From Candidatus Eiseniibacteriota bacterium (GTDB taxonomy: Bacteria > Eisenbacteria > RBG-16-71-46 > CAIMUX01 > VGJL01), in contig JBHGAY010000001.1 of the NCBI GenBank assembly GCA_041946735.1, forward strand, positions 224,001 to 288,000: a stretch of DNA of 64,000 bases, written 5' to 3'. The position numbers and the translations under genes are program-made. Shown here piece by piece: positions 28,690 to 38,209 of this stretch (within the stretch, counting starts at the first letter, position 1; each line of letters starts with the position of its first letter). The notes beneath the pieces were generated by a model that saw only the letters and a list, made by a program, of their open reading frames with translations, did no database searches and was not told the origin of the DNA.

Positions 28690-29010
28690 CGACCCGGCCT
28701 CGCTTTTGCGACGGCATTCAGGCAGTGAAAGAGATCCTCCGTCGCGGTTGCCGGCCGGTTCGATCCCCACGGAACCATCGGCCGCAGGGACGGAACACTT
28801 GCGCATGCGAGGATAGCGGAGGGGGGTCGCAGCGGCAACGGCGATGCCGCTGCACGCCGGGGCCCGGCCCGCGAAGGCCCCGCGATCCCAACCGGCGGGG
28901 AGCCGGCACCGCAACCCTTCCCGGCCGCTCTTCCCCGCCCTTCTTGCGTAACTCCCGAGTAACTGGCCGCTCCTACGGTGCCGGCGTGCTCTCGTCCAGG
29001 CCGGCAATGC

Positions 29011-29060
29011 CACGAAACGGAACGAAGACAGACGAAGACAGACGAAGGCAAACGAAGGCA
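29011..29060 (+). repeat. Five 10-bp phased direct repeats (nACGAAnnnn) just upstream of the 29076 RBS
   Basis: CACGAAACGG AACGAAGACA GACGAAGACA GACGAAGGCA AACGAAGGCA. Confidence 0.85.
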
Positions 29061-29075
29061 GAGGAGAGCCGTGGA

Positions 29076-29387
29076 ATGTCGACGTTCGTCATCCGCTTCT
29101 TCCAGAGCGACGCGGAATCGTTTCGAGGCCGCGCTAGGCACGTGCGAAGCGGAGAGGAGACCTCCTTCTCCTCACGCTCGGAGTTGTGGTCGTTCCTCGA
29201 GCGGATGAACGCGAGCGGGCGGGCGGACCCCGATCGCGAGCCGACCGCCGATCGGGATCCCGGGGCAGCTCCGGCCGGTGGCTCCGGCATCGCGACCGCC
29301 GATCTCGGCGGCGCGCGATCGCCGGAGCGGACGCCCCCTCCGGAGGCCCGGCAACGAGGGAGGGGAAGAACCACGGGACATGCGTGA
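29076..29387 (+). CDS. Small hypothetical protein, 103 aa, divergent from the SARP regulator
   Basis: GAGGAG RBS; compact domain STFVIRFF...FRGRARHVRSGEETSFSSRSELWSFL followed by a low-complexity tail. Confidence 0.72.
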   Translation: MSTFVIRFFQSDAESFRGRARHVRSGEETSFSSRSELWSFLERMNASGRADPDREPTADRDPGAAPAGGSGIATADLGGARSPERTPPPEARQRGRGRTTGHA

Positions 29388-29492
29388 GCGCCGTCCGAGG
29401 GCTAGCGGCCGGTCGTGACCGTGTTCGGCGGGGAGAGCGAAAGGGACAGGCTCTTCCGTCGCAGCGAGACGGTGATGCGGCGGCCCTCGGAC

Positions 29493-29604
29493 GGCTGATT
29501 CCTGGCTGATTCCTGGCTGATTCCCGGCGGCCGGCTGCCGCCGACTCCCGGCCAAGCCGACTCCCGCCGGATCCCCGGCCCCACTCCCGGCCCCACTCCC
29601 GGCC
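29493..29604. repeat. Intergenic tandem repeats: 11-bp GGCTGATTCC(T/C) x3 and 12-bp CCGGCCCCACTC x2.5
   Basis: Read directly at 29493-29525 and about 29575-29604. Confidence 0.8.
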
Positions 29605-29641
29605 CGACACTCCGCCTTGCTGAGCGGTCCCCTGCGGGCGA

Positions 29642-31195
29642 TCAGCGCGGCAGCAGGACGACCGCCCGCGACTCCTCGATGCCGGACCCGGGCAGGAAGA
29701 GCTGCACGAAGTAGACGCCACCCGGGAGGCGAGGCGAGACGCCCTCGCCGCCGGCCTGCCAGCGGAACGTATGCGCTCCCGCCGCCAGCTCGCGATTCAC
29801 GAGTGTCGCCGCGATCTTCCCCTCCGCCGTCACGATCCGCAGCCGGACCCGCTCCGCCTCAGGCAACGCGAGCGTGAGCTGCACCTCTCCCGGGGACGGA
29901 TTCGGCCACGGCGGGGCGAGGAGCAGACGCCGTCCGCTCGCCTCCTCGGACCCATCCGGAGGGATCGCGGCGGCCGGGCAACCCGCGCCGAGAGCGCCGA
30001 CCCAGGACTGGCAGGCGCTCAGATCGGGGAAGCAGGCGGACTGCCTCGAGACGGTGTAGTCGCCGTCGAGCGTGGGAGCGTCGGTGCAGAGAGCCGGGCC
30101 GCAGAAGTGAGGATCCTCGAACCGGTTGCCTCCTTCGTCGAAGATCTCGCCTCCGCTGATCGAGACCGCCTGTGAGTCGGCGACGGAGCACGAGAGGTGG
30201 ATCGTCCCGTAGGAGGCGAGGATGGAGGGGCCGACCGCCGCGCAGTTGCCCGCCACCACGCAGCCGACGATCGTCAAGGAGCTGTTCATCGACACGATCC
30301 CGCCGCCCTGCCAGATCCAAGCGTCATTGCCTGCGATCGTCGTCCTCTCGACGAGGTTGTGGCCCCCGTAGGAGGTGATCCCCGCCCCGAGCCCCGAGAC
30401 GTTGCCGGCAACCACGCAGCCCGTGACCACCGCATCGCCCCCGAGCAACAAGCCTCCTCCCCAACCGGAGTCGTCGAGTCCATTGCGCGCGTCGTTGCCC
30501 CGGATGTCGCAGTCGACGATGCGGGGCGCTCCGGTCCCCCCGCAGTCGATCCCGCCGCCGTAGCCGCCGGAATTCTCGTAGATCCGGCAGTCCCGGATCG
30601 TCGGGCTCGACCCGAGCCGGCAGGCGATCCCGCCACCGTAGCTCGCCGTGTTTCCGCGAATCGTGCAGCCCTCGATGAGGGAGTTGGAGCTCCAGAGCAA
30701 GATGCCGCCGCCGTCCTCGCCCGTCAGGGAGACGAAGTTGTCTGCGACGACGCAGTCACGGATCGTGGGGGACGTGTAGTCGCAGAAGATGCCCGCGCCG
30801 CCGGTGCCGGGCTCGTACCCTCCGCGGATCGTCAGCCCCTCGATCACGGTCGAGGGACCTTCCCCCGCGGAGATATGGAATCCGCGATGCCCCAGTTCCG
30901 GGGTCCCCTCGACGTCGAGGATCGTCACCTCGGCCCCTTGCTCCGAACGGACGACGATCGCCTTGCCGGCAAGCGAGATGTCGCGGTTGCCGGTGCCGGT
31001 GTACGTCCCGGGAGCGATCAGGACGGTGTCGCCTTGCTGCGCGGTGGCGATCGCCTGCTGGATCGTCCCGTATTGCGATGGGACGCGAAGCGTCGAGGCG
31101 CGGGCAGTCCCGCCGGCGATGATGAGGACGGCCACTACGGCCGCAGCGAAGGGAGCAACGCCGGACCGCGCGAAACCGCAGATGCGCACGAGCAT
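29642..31195 (-). CDS. Secreted right-handed parallel beta-helix (pectin-lyase-like) protein with FlgD-Ig/T9SS-like tail
   Basis: VPSQYGTIQQAI...GDTVLIAPGTY; repeated 'N.A..GGGI.C...SPTIRDC'; tail 'PWPNPS...LPGGVYFVQL'; GGAGGAGG RBS. Confidence 0.88.
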   Translation of the reverse strand: MLVRICGFARSGVAPFAAAVVAVLIIAGGTARASTLRVPSQYGTIQQAIATAQQGDTVLIAPGTYTGTGNRDISLAGKAIVVRSEQGAEVTILDVEGTPELGHRGFHISAGEGPSTVIEGLTIRGGYEPGTGGAGIFCDYTSPTIRDCVVADNFVSLTGEDGGGILLWSSNSLIEGCTIRGNTASYGGGIACRLGSSPTIRDCRIYENSGGYGGGIDCGGTGAPRIVDCDIRGNDARNGLDDSGWGGGLLLGGDAVVTGCVVAGNVSGLGAGITSYGGHNLVERTTIAGNDAWIWQGGGIVSMNSSLTIVGCVVAGNCAAVGPSILASYGTIHLSCSVADSQAVSISGGEIFDEGGNRFEDPHFCGPALCTDAPTLDGDYTVSRQSACFPDLSACQSWVGALGAGCPAAAIPPDGSEEASGRRLLLAPPWPNPSPGEVQLTLALPEAERVRLRIVTAEGKIAATLVNRELAAGAHTFRWQAGGEGVSPRLPGGVYFVQLFLPGSGIEESRAVVLLPR

Positions 31196-31551
31196 GAACG
31201 GTCCTCCTCCATGGAAGATCGAGCCCCCCGGAGTGCTTCCGAGAATGGGAATTTCGGAGGCATGAGCCCGTCCGTCCTGCAGCATTCGCATGGCCGGGCC
31301 CCTCGTCGGCGTCGTCTGCTGGCTGCGCACGTGTGTCGATCTGCGATTGACGGAAGACAGTATATCGCAAATCCAGACGTTCGGTCGAGTTGCCGCCTCG
31401 CCGGACCGGGCCTGCCCGGCCGGACACGGCCGCCGCGCCGCTCGCCGCGCCGGCCCCTACCGCGGCATCCCTCGCGTCGCCGGCCGCTGTCCGCCGCCCG
31501 GGCGGGCTGCTAGAATCGAAAGGTGCCGCATCAACCGCGAAGGGACGGGGC

Positions 31552-32778
31552 ATGAGCGAGTCGCGCTATTACCGCAAGGGGTTCGACAACCGGGCCGAGA
31601 TCCTTCCGATGCTGGAGCAGGACTATCGGAGCGGCGTCGTCGAGTGGATGCAGACGCATGGACGCCGCCTCCGTCACGGGGAGACGACGCTCGTCCTCGC
31701 TCGGGAGTTCGGCTTCTGCTATGGGGTCGACCGCGCGATCGAGTACGCATACGAGACGCGGCGCCGCTTTCCCGAGCGCCGGATCTTCATCACCGGCGAG
31801 ATCATCCACAATCCCTGGGTCAACCGGCGCCTCCAAGAGATGGGGATCGAGCGGCTCCCGCACGGCGAGAATCAGGACGAGCGCTTTGCGGAGGTGACGG
31901 CCGACGACGTCGTCCTGATCCCCGCCTTCGGCATCGAGCGGCCCGAGCTCGACCGCCTGCGCCAGCGCGGTCCGATCCTCGTAGATACCACCTGCGGCTC
32001 CGTGCTGAACGTCTGGAAGTCGGTCGGCCGTTACGCGAGCGAGGGATACACGGCGATCATTCACGGCAAGCTCGATCACGAAGAGACGCGCGCGACCTGT
32101 TCGCAGGTCCGGGAGAAGAGCGGCTCCTTCGTCGTCGTGCGCGACCTCGAGCAGGGCAAGAGGCTCGCCAGCTTCCTCGAGGGGAAGCTGGATCGTGACG
32201 CCTTCGACCGGGAATTCGCGGGGGCCGTCTCCCCCGGCTTCGATCCCGACCGCGATCTCCGGCGTATCGGCCTCGCGAACCAGACGACGATGCTCTCCTC
32301 GGAGTCGCTCGCGATCGCCGAGTCGCTCCGCGCAAGCCTGGTCCGCCGTTACGGCGATGAGGAAGCCTCTCGCCGCTTCCTCTCCTTCGAGACGATCTGC
32401 AGCGCGACGCAGGACCGGCAGGACGCGGTCGAGGAGATGCTCGCCTCCGGCCTCGACGTGCTCGTCGTGATCGGAGGCTTCAACAGCAGCAACACGGGGC
32501 ATCTCGTCGAAATCGGAGCCGAGAAGATACCGACCTACCACGTGGAATCTGCGGACGATCTGCTGTCCCGCCGCTGGATCCGCCACAAGCCGCTCGGCGA
32601 TCCCGATCCGATCACGATCGGCGCATGGCTCCCCGACGGCCCGGCCACGATCGGGGTCACCGCCGGAGCATCGACGCCCAACAGCGAGATCGGCCGCACC
32701 ATCCTGAAGATCCTGCGGCTGCGGGGCGTTCCCGACTCGTTCCTCGCCGAGCTGGTCTCGACCGCTCCCCAGGATTGA
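31552..32778 (+). CDS. ispH: 4-hydroxy-3-methylbut-2-enyl diphosphate reductase (long type), 408 aa
   Basis: FGFCYGVDRA, EIIHNP, DTTCGSV, HEET, NQTTM, TICSATQDRQ, GGFNSSNT and VTAGASTP. Confidence 0.96.
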   Translation: MSESRYYRKGFDNRAEILPMLEQDYRSGVVEWMQTHGRRLRHGETTLVLAREFGFCYGVDRAIEYAYETRRRFPERRIFITGEIIHNPWVNRRLQEMGIERLPHGENQDERFAEVTADDVVLIPAFGIERPELDRLRQRGPILVDTTCGSVLNVWKSVGRYASEGYTAIIHGKLDHEETRATCSQVREKSGSFVVVRDLEQGKRLASFLEGKLDRDAFDREFAGAVSPGFDPDRDLRRIGLANQTTMLSSESLAIAESLRASLVRRYGDEEASRRFLSFETICSATQDRQDAVEEMLASGLDVLVVIGGFNSSNTGHLVEIGAEKIPTYHVESADDLLSRRWIRHKPLGDPDPITIGAWLPDGPATIGVTAGASTPNSEIGRTILKILRLRGVPDSFLAELVSTAPQD

Positions 32779-32794
32779 CAGGCCGGGAGGAGCC

Positions 32795-34870
32795 ATGTCG
32801 GCCTCCGGCCCGCGCATCCCGGCAGCAGCGCCCGTCCTCGCGCTCGCCGCGACTGCGATGGCCCTCGCCCTTGCGCTCGCCCCGGTGGCGATCCCCGCGC
32901 TCGCGTCGATGGCGATCGGCTCCGCCCCGGCGGCCGCGATCGCCTTGCCCCCCGGCGGCGGCCATCCCGACGATCCGGCCGCGAAGGAGGCTCTCGCCCC
33001 CCTCCCGCGCGCACGGGACCGCGTCGCGCCTCGCCGCCTCGCGCCCCGCCCCCTCGCGCGCGACGACCGAGGCTTCGATGCCCAGGATCTCCGTCTCGCC
33101 ATCGACATCGACTTCGACAGCCGGACGATCGAGGCCTCAGCCCGGCATCGCTTCCTCGCCACCGCCCCGCTCGACACCCTCGTTCTCGACCTCACCGACT
33201 CGCTCGCGGTCGACGCCGTCCTCCGATCCGACCGGCCGCTCGCCTTCTCGCACGCAGGCGGGTTGCTCTCGATTGCGCTCGCTCCTCCCCTCTCGCCCGG
33301 CGACACCGGTTCGGTCACGGTCCTCTATCACGGACGCCCTCCTCGGACCGCCCTCCTCGGCTTCGCCTTCGAGACGCGCGACGACGGGTCGCCCGGCGCG
33401 TACACCCTCAGCGAGCCGGACGGCGCTTCGAGCTGGTGGCCGTGCAAGGACGTCCCGAGCGACAAGATGACCGCGACGATCGACCTCACCGTCCCCGACA
33501 CGCTCTGGGCAGGATCCAACGGGCGGCTCGTTTCGGACGAGGTCGCAGCCGGTCGCCGCCGCCAGGTCTGGCGCGAGAGCCATCCGATCGCGCCGTATCT
33601 CGTCAGCATCGCGTGCACGAACTACGCGCGCTTCGGCGGCACCTTCGTCTCACAGGACGGGATCGAGATGCCGCTGCTCTTCCTCGCATGGCCGGAGGAC
33701 AGCGCCGACGCGGCCGCTTCCTGGGGACGAACCGCGGCAATGCTCGCCGCCTTCGAGGATCGCTTTGGCCCCTACCCGTTCCTTTCGGAGAAATACGGGA
33801 TGGCCGAGTTCTCGTGGGGCGGAGCGATGGAGCACCAGACGCTCTCCTCGATGGGGGCCTATTCCATCGACGGCACCGACGGCAACGACTGGATCGTCGC
33901 TCACGAGATGGCGCACCAGTGGTGGGGCGACGATGTCACCTGCGCGGACTTCGACCACATCTGGCTGAACGAGGGGTTCGCGCGCTACGCGGAGGCGATC
34001 TGGTTCGAGTCGCAGGGAGGCATCGAAGCCTACCGCGACTGGATGCGAAGGATGTGGCGGCCTTCCTTCCCCGGCGCGATCGTCCCGCCCGACTATCTCT
34101 TCAACTCGACCGTCTATTTGAAAGGCGCCTGGGTCCTGCACATGCTACGGGGGATCCTGGGGGACGAAGCGTTCTTCGACGTCCTCTCGCTCTATCGCAG
34201 CCGCCACTCGGGCGGCGCGGCGACGACGGAGGATCTGATCCGTGCGGCGGAGACGGTCGCCGGCCGTTCCCTCCGCTGGTTCTTCGATCCCTGGATCTAC
34301 GGCACGGGCCGGCCCGCCTACCTCACGAGCTGGACGACCGACCCCGGGCCGGAGGGGACCGCAATCGAGCTGACGATCGAACAGACCCAACCCGAGCCTC
34401 CCTTCCGGATGCCGATCGAAGTCGAGATCGAGGACGCGCTGGGAAGTTACCGGGTGCGGGTCGACGACAGCCTTCGCGTGCAGACGTTCCGGATCGCAAT
34501 CCGGATGCCGGTCGAGGGCACGCGCCTCGACCCGGACGACTGGATCCTCAAGGACGGGATCGGCGGCTCCTCCGTCGCGGATCTCGACGGACTGCCGTGG
34601 ATCCAGAACCCGATCCGGCCTCCGCGCCCCTCCCCGGGCCGCCCGCCGTTCCGGATCGAGCTGGCGCCGCCCCTGCGCGGCGCCGTTCTCGAGCTGTTCG
34701 ATCCCTCGGGAAGACGGATCGCCGTGTTGCCCGCCGCCCGCGAGGGCGTCACCGCCTGGGACGGACGCGACGCAAGCGGGCGCGAGGCGGCGGCGGGGCT
34801 CTACTTCCTCCGCTCCCGTCCCTCGCCCGAGCGGCCGGCCGCCACACGGAGCCTGATCGTCCTGCGGTGA
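32795..34870 (+). CDS. Secreted M1-family aminopeptidase with FlgD-Ig/T9SS-like tail
   Basis: GGAMEHQT, HEMAHQWWG (HExxH), WLNEGFA and YLKGAWVLHMLR; tail 'FDPSGRRI...WDGRDASGREAAAGLYF'. Confidence 0.92.
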   Translation: MSASGPRIPAAAPVLALAATAMALALALAPVAIPALASMAIGSAPAAAIALPPGGGHPDDPAAKEALAPLPRARDRVAPRRLAPRPLARDDRGFDAQDLRLAIDIDFDSRTIEASARHRFLATAPLDTLVLDLTDSLAVDAVLRSDRPLAFSHAGGLLSIALAPPLSPGDTGSVTVLYHGRPPRTALLGFAFETRDDGSPGAYTLSEPDGASSWWPCKDVPSDKMTATIDLTVPDTLWAGSNGRLVSDEVAAGRRRQVWRESHPIAPYLVSIACTNYARFGGTFVSQDGIEMPLLFLAWPEDSADAAASWGRTAAMLAAFEDRFGPYPFLSEKYGMAEFSWGGAMEHQTLSSMGAYSIDGTDGNDWIVAHEMAHQWWGDDVTCADFDHIWLNEGFARYAEAIWFESQGGIEAYRDWMRRMWRPSFPGAIVPPDYLFNSTVYLKGAWVLHMLRGILGDEAFFDVLSLYRSRHSGGAATTEDLIRAAETVAGRSLRWFFDPWIYGTGRPAYLTSWTTDPGPEGTAIELTIEQTQPEPPFRMPIEVEIEDALGSYRVRVDDSLRVQTFRIAIRMPVEGTRLDPDDWILKDGIGGSSVADLDGLPWIQNPIRPPRPSPGRPPFRIELAPPLRGAVLELFDPSGRRIAVLPAAREGVTAWDGRDASGREAAAGLYFLRSRPSPERPAATRSLIVLR

Positions 34871-35190
34871 CTGCCAGGCGATGGCGGTCTCGACCGTCCG
34901 GGCCGTGAGCGTCGCGCCCCGGCGCGGGGCCCCCGCGCGACACCTCGGCGGCCCCCTCGCGCTCGGCCGCCGGCACCGCCGGGTGAGCCGCCCGGCGATC
35001 CGCGCGAGAGATCCGTGCGAGCGATCCATATCCGTTGTGGCTGGGCTGGGCGATCCGCGATACTCTCGTTTGGCAATCCCCCACTCCTTTCGTGAGGCCG
35101 CGGGGGCGCCGGCACGGGCCGCGAGTCGCCGGCATGGGCGGGGAGGATGAGGTTCGAGGCCTCGATGCACCCATCAAGGAGTCCCTCCGG

Positions 35191-36141
35191 ATGACCGAGA
35201 ACCGATGCGCTCTCGAGGGGAAGAACTATGCGATCCGCCGGCGCCGCGTCCTGACGCCCGGCCCCGACGGGATCCTGGAGTTCGTGGTCGACGCGCCGCT
35301 CGTCGCGCGCCACGCGCAGGCAGGCCAGTTCGTGATCGTGCGGACTTCGGATCGGGCCGAGCGGATCCCGCTCACGATCGCCGCCTACGATCCGGACGCC
35401 GGAACGATCACGTTGATCTTCCAGATGGTCGGTTTCTCGACGCGGGAGATGGGAAAGCTCCAGGAAGGCGACGCGATCCTCGATCTCCTCGGCCCGCTCG
35501 GGACGCCGATCGCCGTCGCGAAACATGACCTGCCGGTGATCGTGATCGGCGGGGGCGTCGGAATCGCCCCGATCTGGCCGAAGGTCAAGGAGCTCCACGC
35601 GAGGGGCAACACGGTGATCACGATCATCGGCGCCCGCACGAAAGACCTCCTGATCCTCGAGGACGAGCTGAAGCCGATCTCGACCGAGCTGCACGTGACG
35701 ACCGACGACGGCTCCTACAGCCGCAAGGGATTCGTCACCACGGTTCTCCACGAGGTGCTCGAACGGCTCGAGGGACGCGCGGCCGAAGTGATCGCCGTCG
35801 GTCCCCTCCCGATGATGGAGGCGGTCGTGAAGGAGATGGCCGGCAAGGGATTCCGCGACTCCTACGACCCCTCGATCGACTACGACCCGCGGAGAGTCCC
35901 GCTGCTCGTCAGCCTCAATCCGATCATGGTGGACGGAACGGGAATGTGCGGCGGCTGCCGCGTCAACATCTGGGACCCGAAGAAGGGGGAATACGCGACG
36001 CGATTCTCCTGCGTGGACGGTCCCGCGTTCGACGGCTATGCGGTCGACTTCGCCGGCCTCACCCGGCGCAACCGTCAGTACGTGAAGCTCGAAAGGCTGG
36101 TGAGAGATGGATCGCGAGCAGGCGAAGAAGGACGCGCTTAG
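35191..36141 (+). CDS. nfnA: NfnA/SudB-type FAD/NAD-binding [2Fe-2S] subunit
   Basis: AGQFVI, ERIPLTI, GPLG, GGGVGIAP, TDDGS, SLNPIMVDGTGMCGGCRV and CVDGP. Confidence 0.9.
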   Translation: MTENRCALEGKNYAIRRRRVLTPGPDGILEFVVDAPLVARHAQAGQFVIVRTSDRAERIPLTIAAYDPDAGTITLIFQMVGFSTREMGKLQEGDAILDLLGPLGTPIAVAKHDLPVIVIGGGVGIAPIWPKVKELHARGNTVITIIGARTKDLLILEDELKPISTELHVTTDDGSYSRKGFVTTVLHEVLERLEGRAAEVIAVGPLPMMEAVVKEMAGKGFRDSYDPSIDYDPRRVPLLVSLNPIMVDGTGMCGGCRVNIWDPKKGEYATRFSCVDGPAFDGYAVDFAGLTRRNRQYVKLERLVRDGSRAGEEGRA

Positions 36142-37606
36142 ACAAAGGACCAAGACCCCGATGCCGATGCAGGACCCCGAGGTCCGCGTCCGCAACTTCT
36201 CGTCGGTGGAGCTTGGCTATTCCCCGGATCTCGCCTGGAACGAATCGAACCGGTGCATCCACTGCAAGGATCCCCGCTGCATTCCGTACTGCCCCGTCGA
36301 GATCGACATCCGCTCGATGATGGACGCGGTGAAGGAAGAGGACTACGCGAAGGCGTATCAGGTCATCGTGAAGTCGAATCTCTTCCCCTCGATCACCGGA
36401 CGGGTCTGCCCGCAGGAGAGCCAGTGCGAGATGGTCTGCGTCAAGGGGATCAAGGGGGAGCCGGTCGGCATCGGGTTCGTCGAGAAGTTTCTCGGCGACT
36501 GGGCGCGGGAACATGGGGTGCGTCCCGACTCGAACCTCCCGCCGTGGAACGGCAAGAGGATCGCGGTCATCGGATCGGGACCTGCCGGGCTGTCCGCCTC
36601 GGCCGACCTCGTGCGGCTCGGCTACCAGGTGGTGATGTACGAAGCGCTCCATCGCGCCGGCGGCGTTCTGCAGTACGGGATCCCGGAGTTCCGCCTCCCG
36701 AAGAAGATCGTCGACTTCGAGATCGACAACCTTCGCTCGCTCGGGGTCGAGATTCACCTGAACACTCTCGTCGGCCGGACGATCACCATGGACGAGCTGA
36801 TCGACGGCTTCGACGCCGTCTTCATCGGCACGGGCGCCGGACTTCCCTACTTCATGAACATTCCCGGCGAGCAGCTCTCCGGCGTCTACTCGGCGAACGA
36901 GTTCCTCACGCGCGCGAACCTGATGGAGGCGCGCTCCTTCCCCGAGGCTCCCACGCCGATCCACGTCGGCAAGAGGGTGGGCGTGGTCGGGGGCGGCAAC
37001 GTCGCGATGGACGCCGCGCGCGTCTCGAAGCGGCTCGGCGCGGATCGGGTCGACGTGATCTACCGGCGCACGAAGGCGGAGATGCCGGCGCGCGCGGACG
37101 AGATCCACCACGCGGAAGAGGAGGGGATCCAGTTCCTCTACCTGCACTCCCCCGTCGCGATCCTCGGCGACGACGAGGGATGGGTGAAGGAGGTCGAGAT
37201 GATCCGGATGGAGCTGGGAGAGCCCGACGAGTCGGGCCGGCGCCGTCCGGTCACCATTCCAAACTCGAACTTCCGCGTCGAGTACGACGTCCTCATCATG
37301 GCGATCGGCCAGGGTCCCAACCCGCTCCTGTCGAGCCTGACCCCGTACCTCAAGACGAACAAGTGGGGGCAGCTCGTGATCGATCCGAAGAGTCTCGCCC
37401 TCGACGGGCACGGCGCGGCCGAGAAGCTCGGGGGCGAAAGGGTGCCGGACATCCCGATCCTCTGCGCCGGCGGCGACATCATCGGATCGCAGGCCGGAGC
37501 GGGCGGGACGGTCATCGCGGCGATGGGCCACGGCAAAATCGCGGCCCGCACCATCCACGAGATGCTGGAGGGACGGCCGCCGAAGAAGCCTCTCGCCGTC
37601 TCGTAG
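36107..37606 (+). CDS. nfnB: NfnB/SudA-type (GltD-like) FAD, 2[4Fe-4S] subunit
   Basis: RCIHCKDPRCIPYCPV, GRVCPQESQCE, GSGPAGL, YGIPEFRLPK and GGGNVAMD; directly downstream of nfnA with no gltB adjacent. Confidence 0.9.
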   Translation: MDREQAKKDALRQRTKTPMPMQDPEVRVRNFSSVELGYSPDLAWNESNRCIHCKDPRCIPYCPVEIDIRSMMDAVKEEDYAKAYQVIVKSNLFPSITGRVCPQESQCEMVCVKGIKGEPVGIGFVEKFLGDWAREHGVRPDSNLPPWNGKRIAVIGSGPAGLSASADLVRLGYQVVMYEALHRAGGVLQYGIPEFRLPKKIVDFEIDNLRSLGVEIHLNTLVGRTITMDELIDGFDAVFIGTGAGLPYFMNIPGEQLSGVYSANEFLTRANLMEARSFPEAPTPIHVGKRVGVVGGGNVAMDAARVSKRLGADRVDVIYRRTKAEMPARADEIHHAEEEGIQFLYLHSPVAILGDDEGWVKEVEMIRMELGEPDESGRRRPVTIPNSNFRVEYDVLIMAIGQGPNPLLSSLTPYLKTNKWGQLVIDPKSLALDGHGAAEKLGGERVPDIPILCAGGDIIGSQAGAGGTVIAAMGHGKIAARTIHEMLEGRPPKKPLAVS

Positions 37607-37628
37607 CCCGCCCCGATACGATCCGGGG

Positions 37629-38108
37629 GTGAACCGGACCCGGATCTCCAGGCTCTTCCTCCTCGGACTCGCCGCCGTGGCGCTCGCCGCCGCGGCTTCC
37701 TGTTCGCTGGCACCTCGCCCCGCTCCCCCGATCCTCCTCGGACAGCAGTGGGAGAGCGCCCGGCCTCGCCTCGACGCTTGGCGGGCCGCCGCGACCGGAG
37801 GCGTCTCGCGCGCCTACGACGCGCAGCAGATCGCCAGCGCAGAGGTGCGCGAGTTCCCGCCGCTCGACTCCCTGCTCCTCGCCGACGTCTATCGCAGAGC
37901 CGGGGTGCGGGACAGCCGCTTCCTTCGCTTTCCGCCGGCGCCGGCGGAGCACGGCCGGCTCTGTCGCGAGAGCTACATCTTCTATCTGCGAGAGAACCGG
38001 ATCGCGGGGGTCGAGTACCGGGCGGTCGTGTCGAACGGCGCCGGCGGGTACCGCCAGGACGCCGACGCGATCGGCGACATCCCCGGAGCGATCCTCACGG
38101 GAACCTGA
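37629..38108 (+). CDS. Hypothetical lipoprotein, 159 aa
   Basis: Signal peptide with lipobox-like AAASC; fills the gap between nfnB and the TonB receptor. Confidence 0.65.
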   Translation: MNRTRISRLFLLGLAAVALAAAASCSLAPRPAPPILLGQQWESARPRLDAWRAAATGGVSRAYDAQQIASAEVREFPPLDSLLLADVYRRAGVRDSRFLRFPPAPAEHGRLCRESYIFYLRENRIAGVEYRAVVSNGAGGYRQDADAIGDIPGAILTGT

Positions 38109-38209
38109 GCGCCCGGAGACGTTCGGTGCGAACGTCAGGCGGCGATGAACCTCGATCCGGCCAAAGGCGAAGGAGGGGATCTGCTCACCCGGCGCGGTCT
38201 GGTCGGCTG

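Noticed and set aside
36107..37606. Glutamate synthase small subunit gltD
   Set aside because: Paired with an NfnA/SudB-type gene and no gltB adjacent; fits NfnAB.
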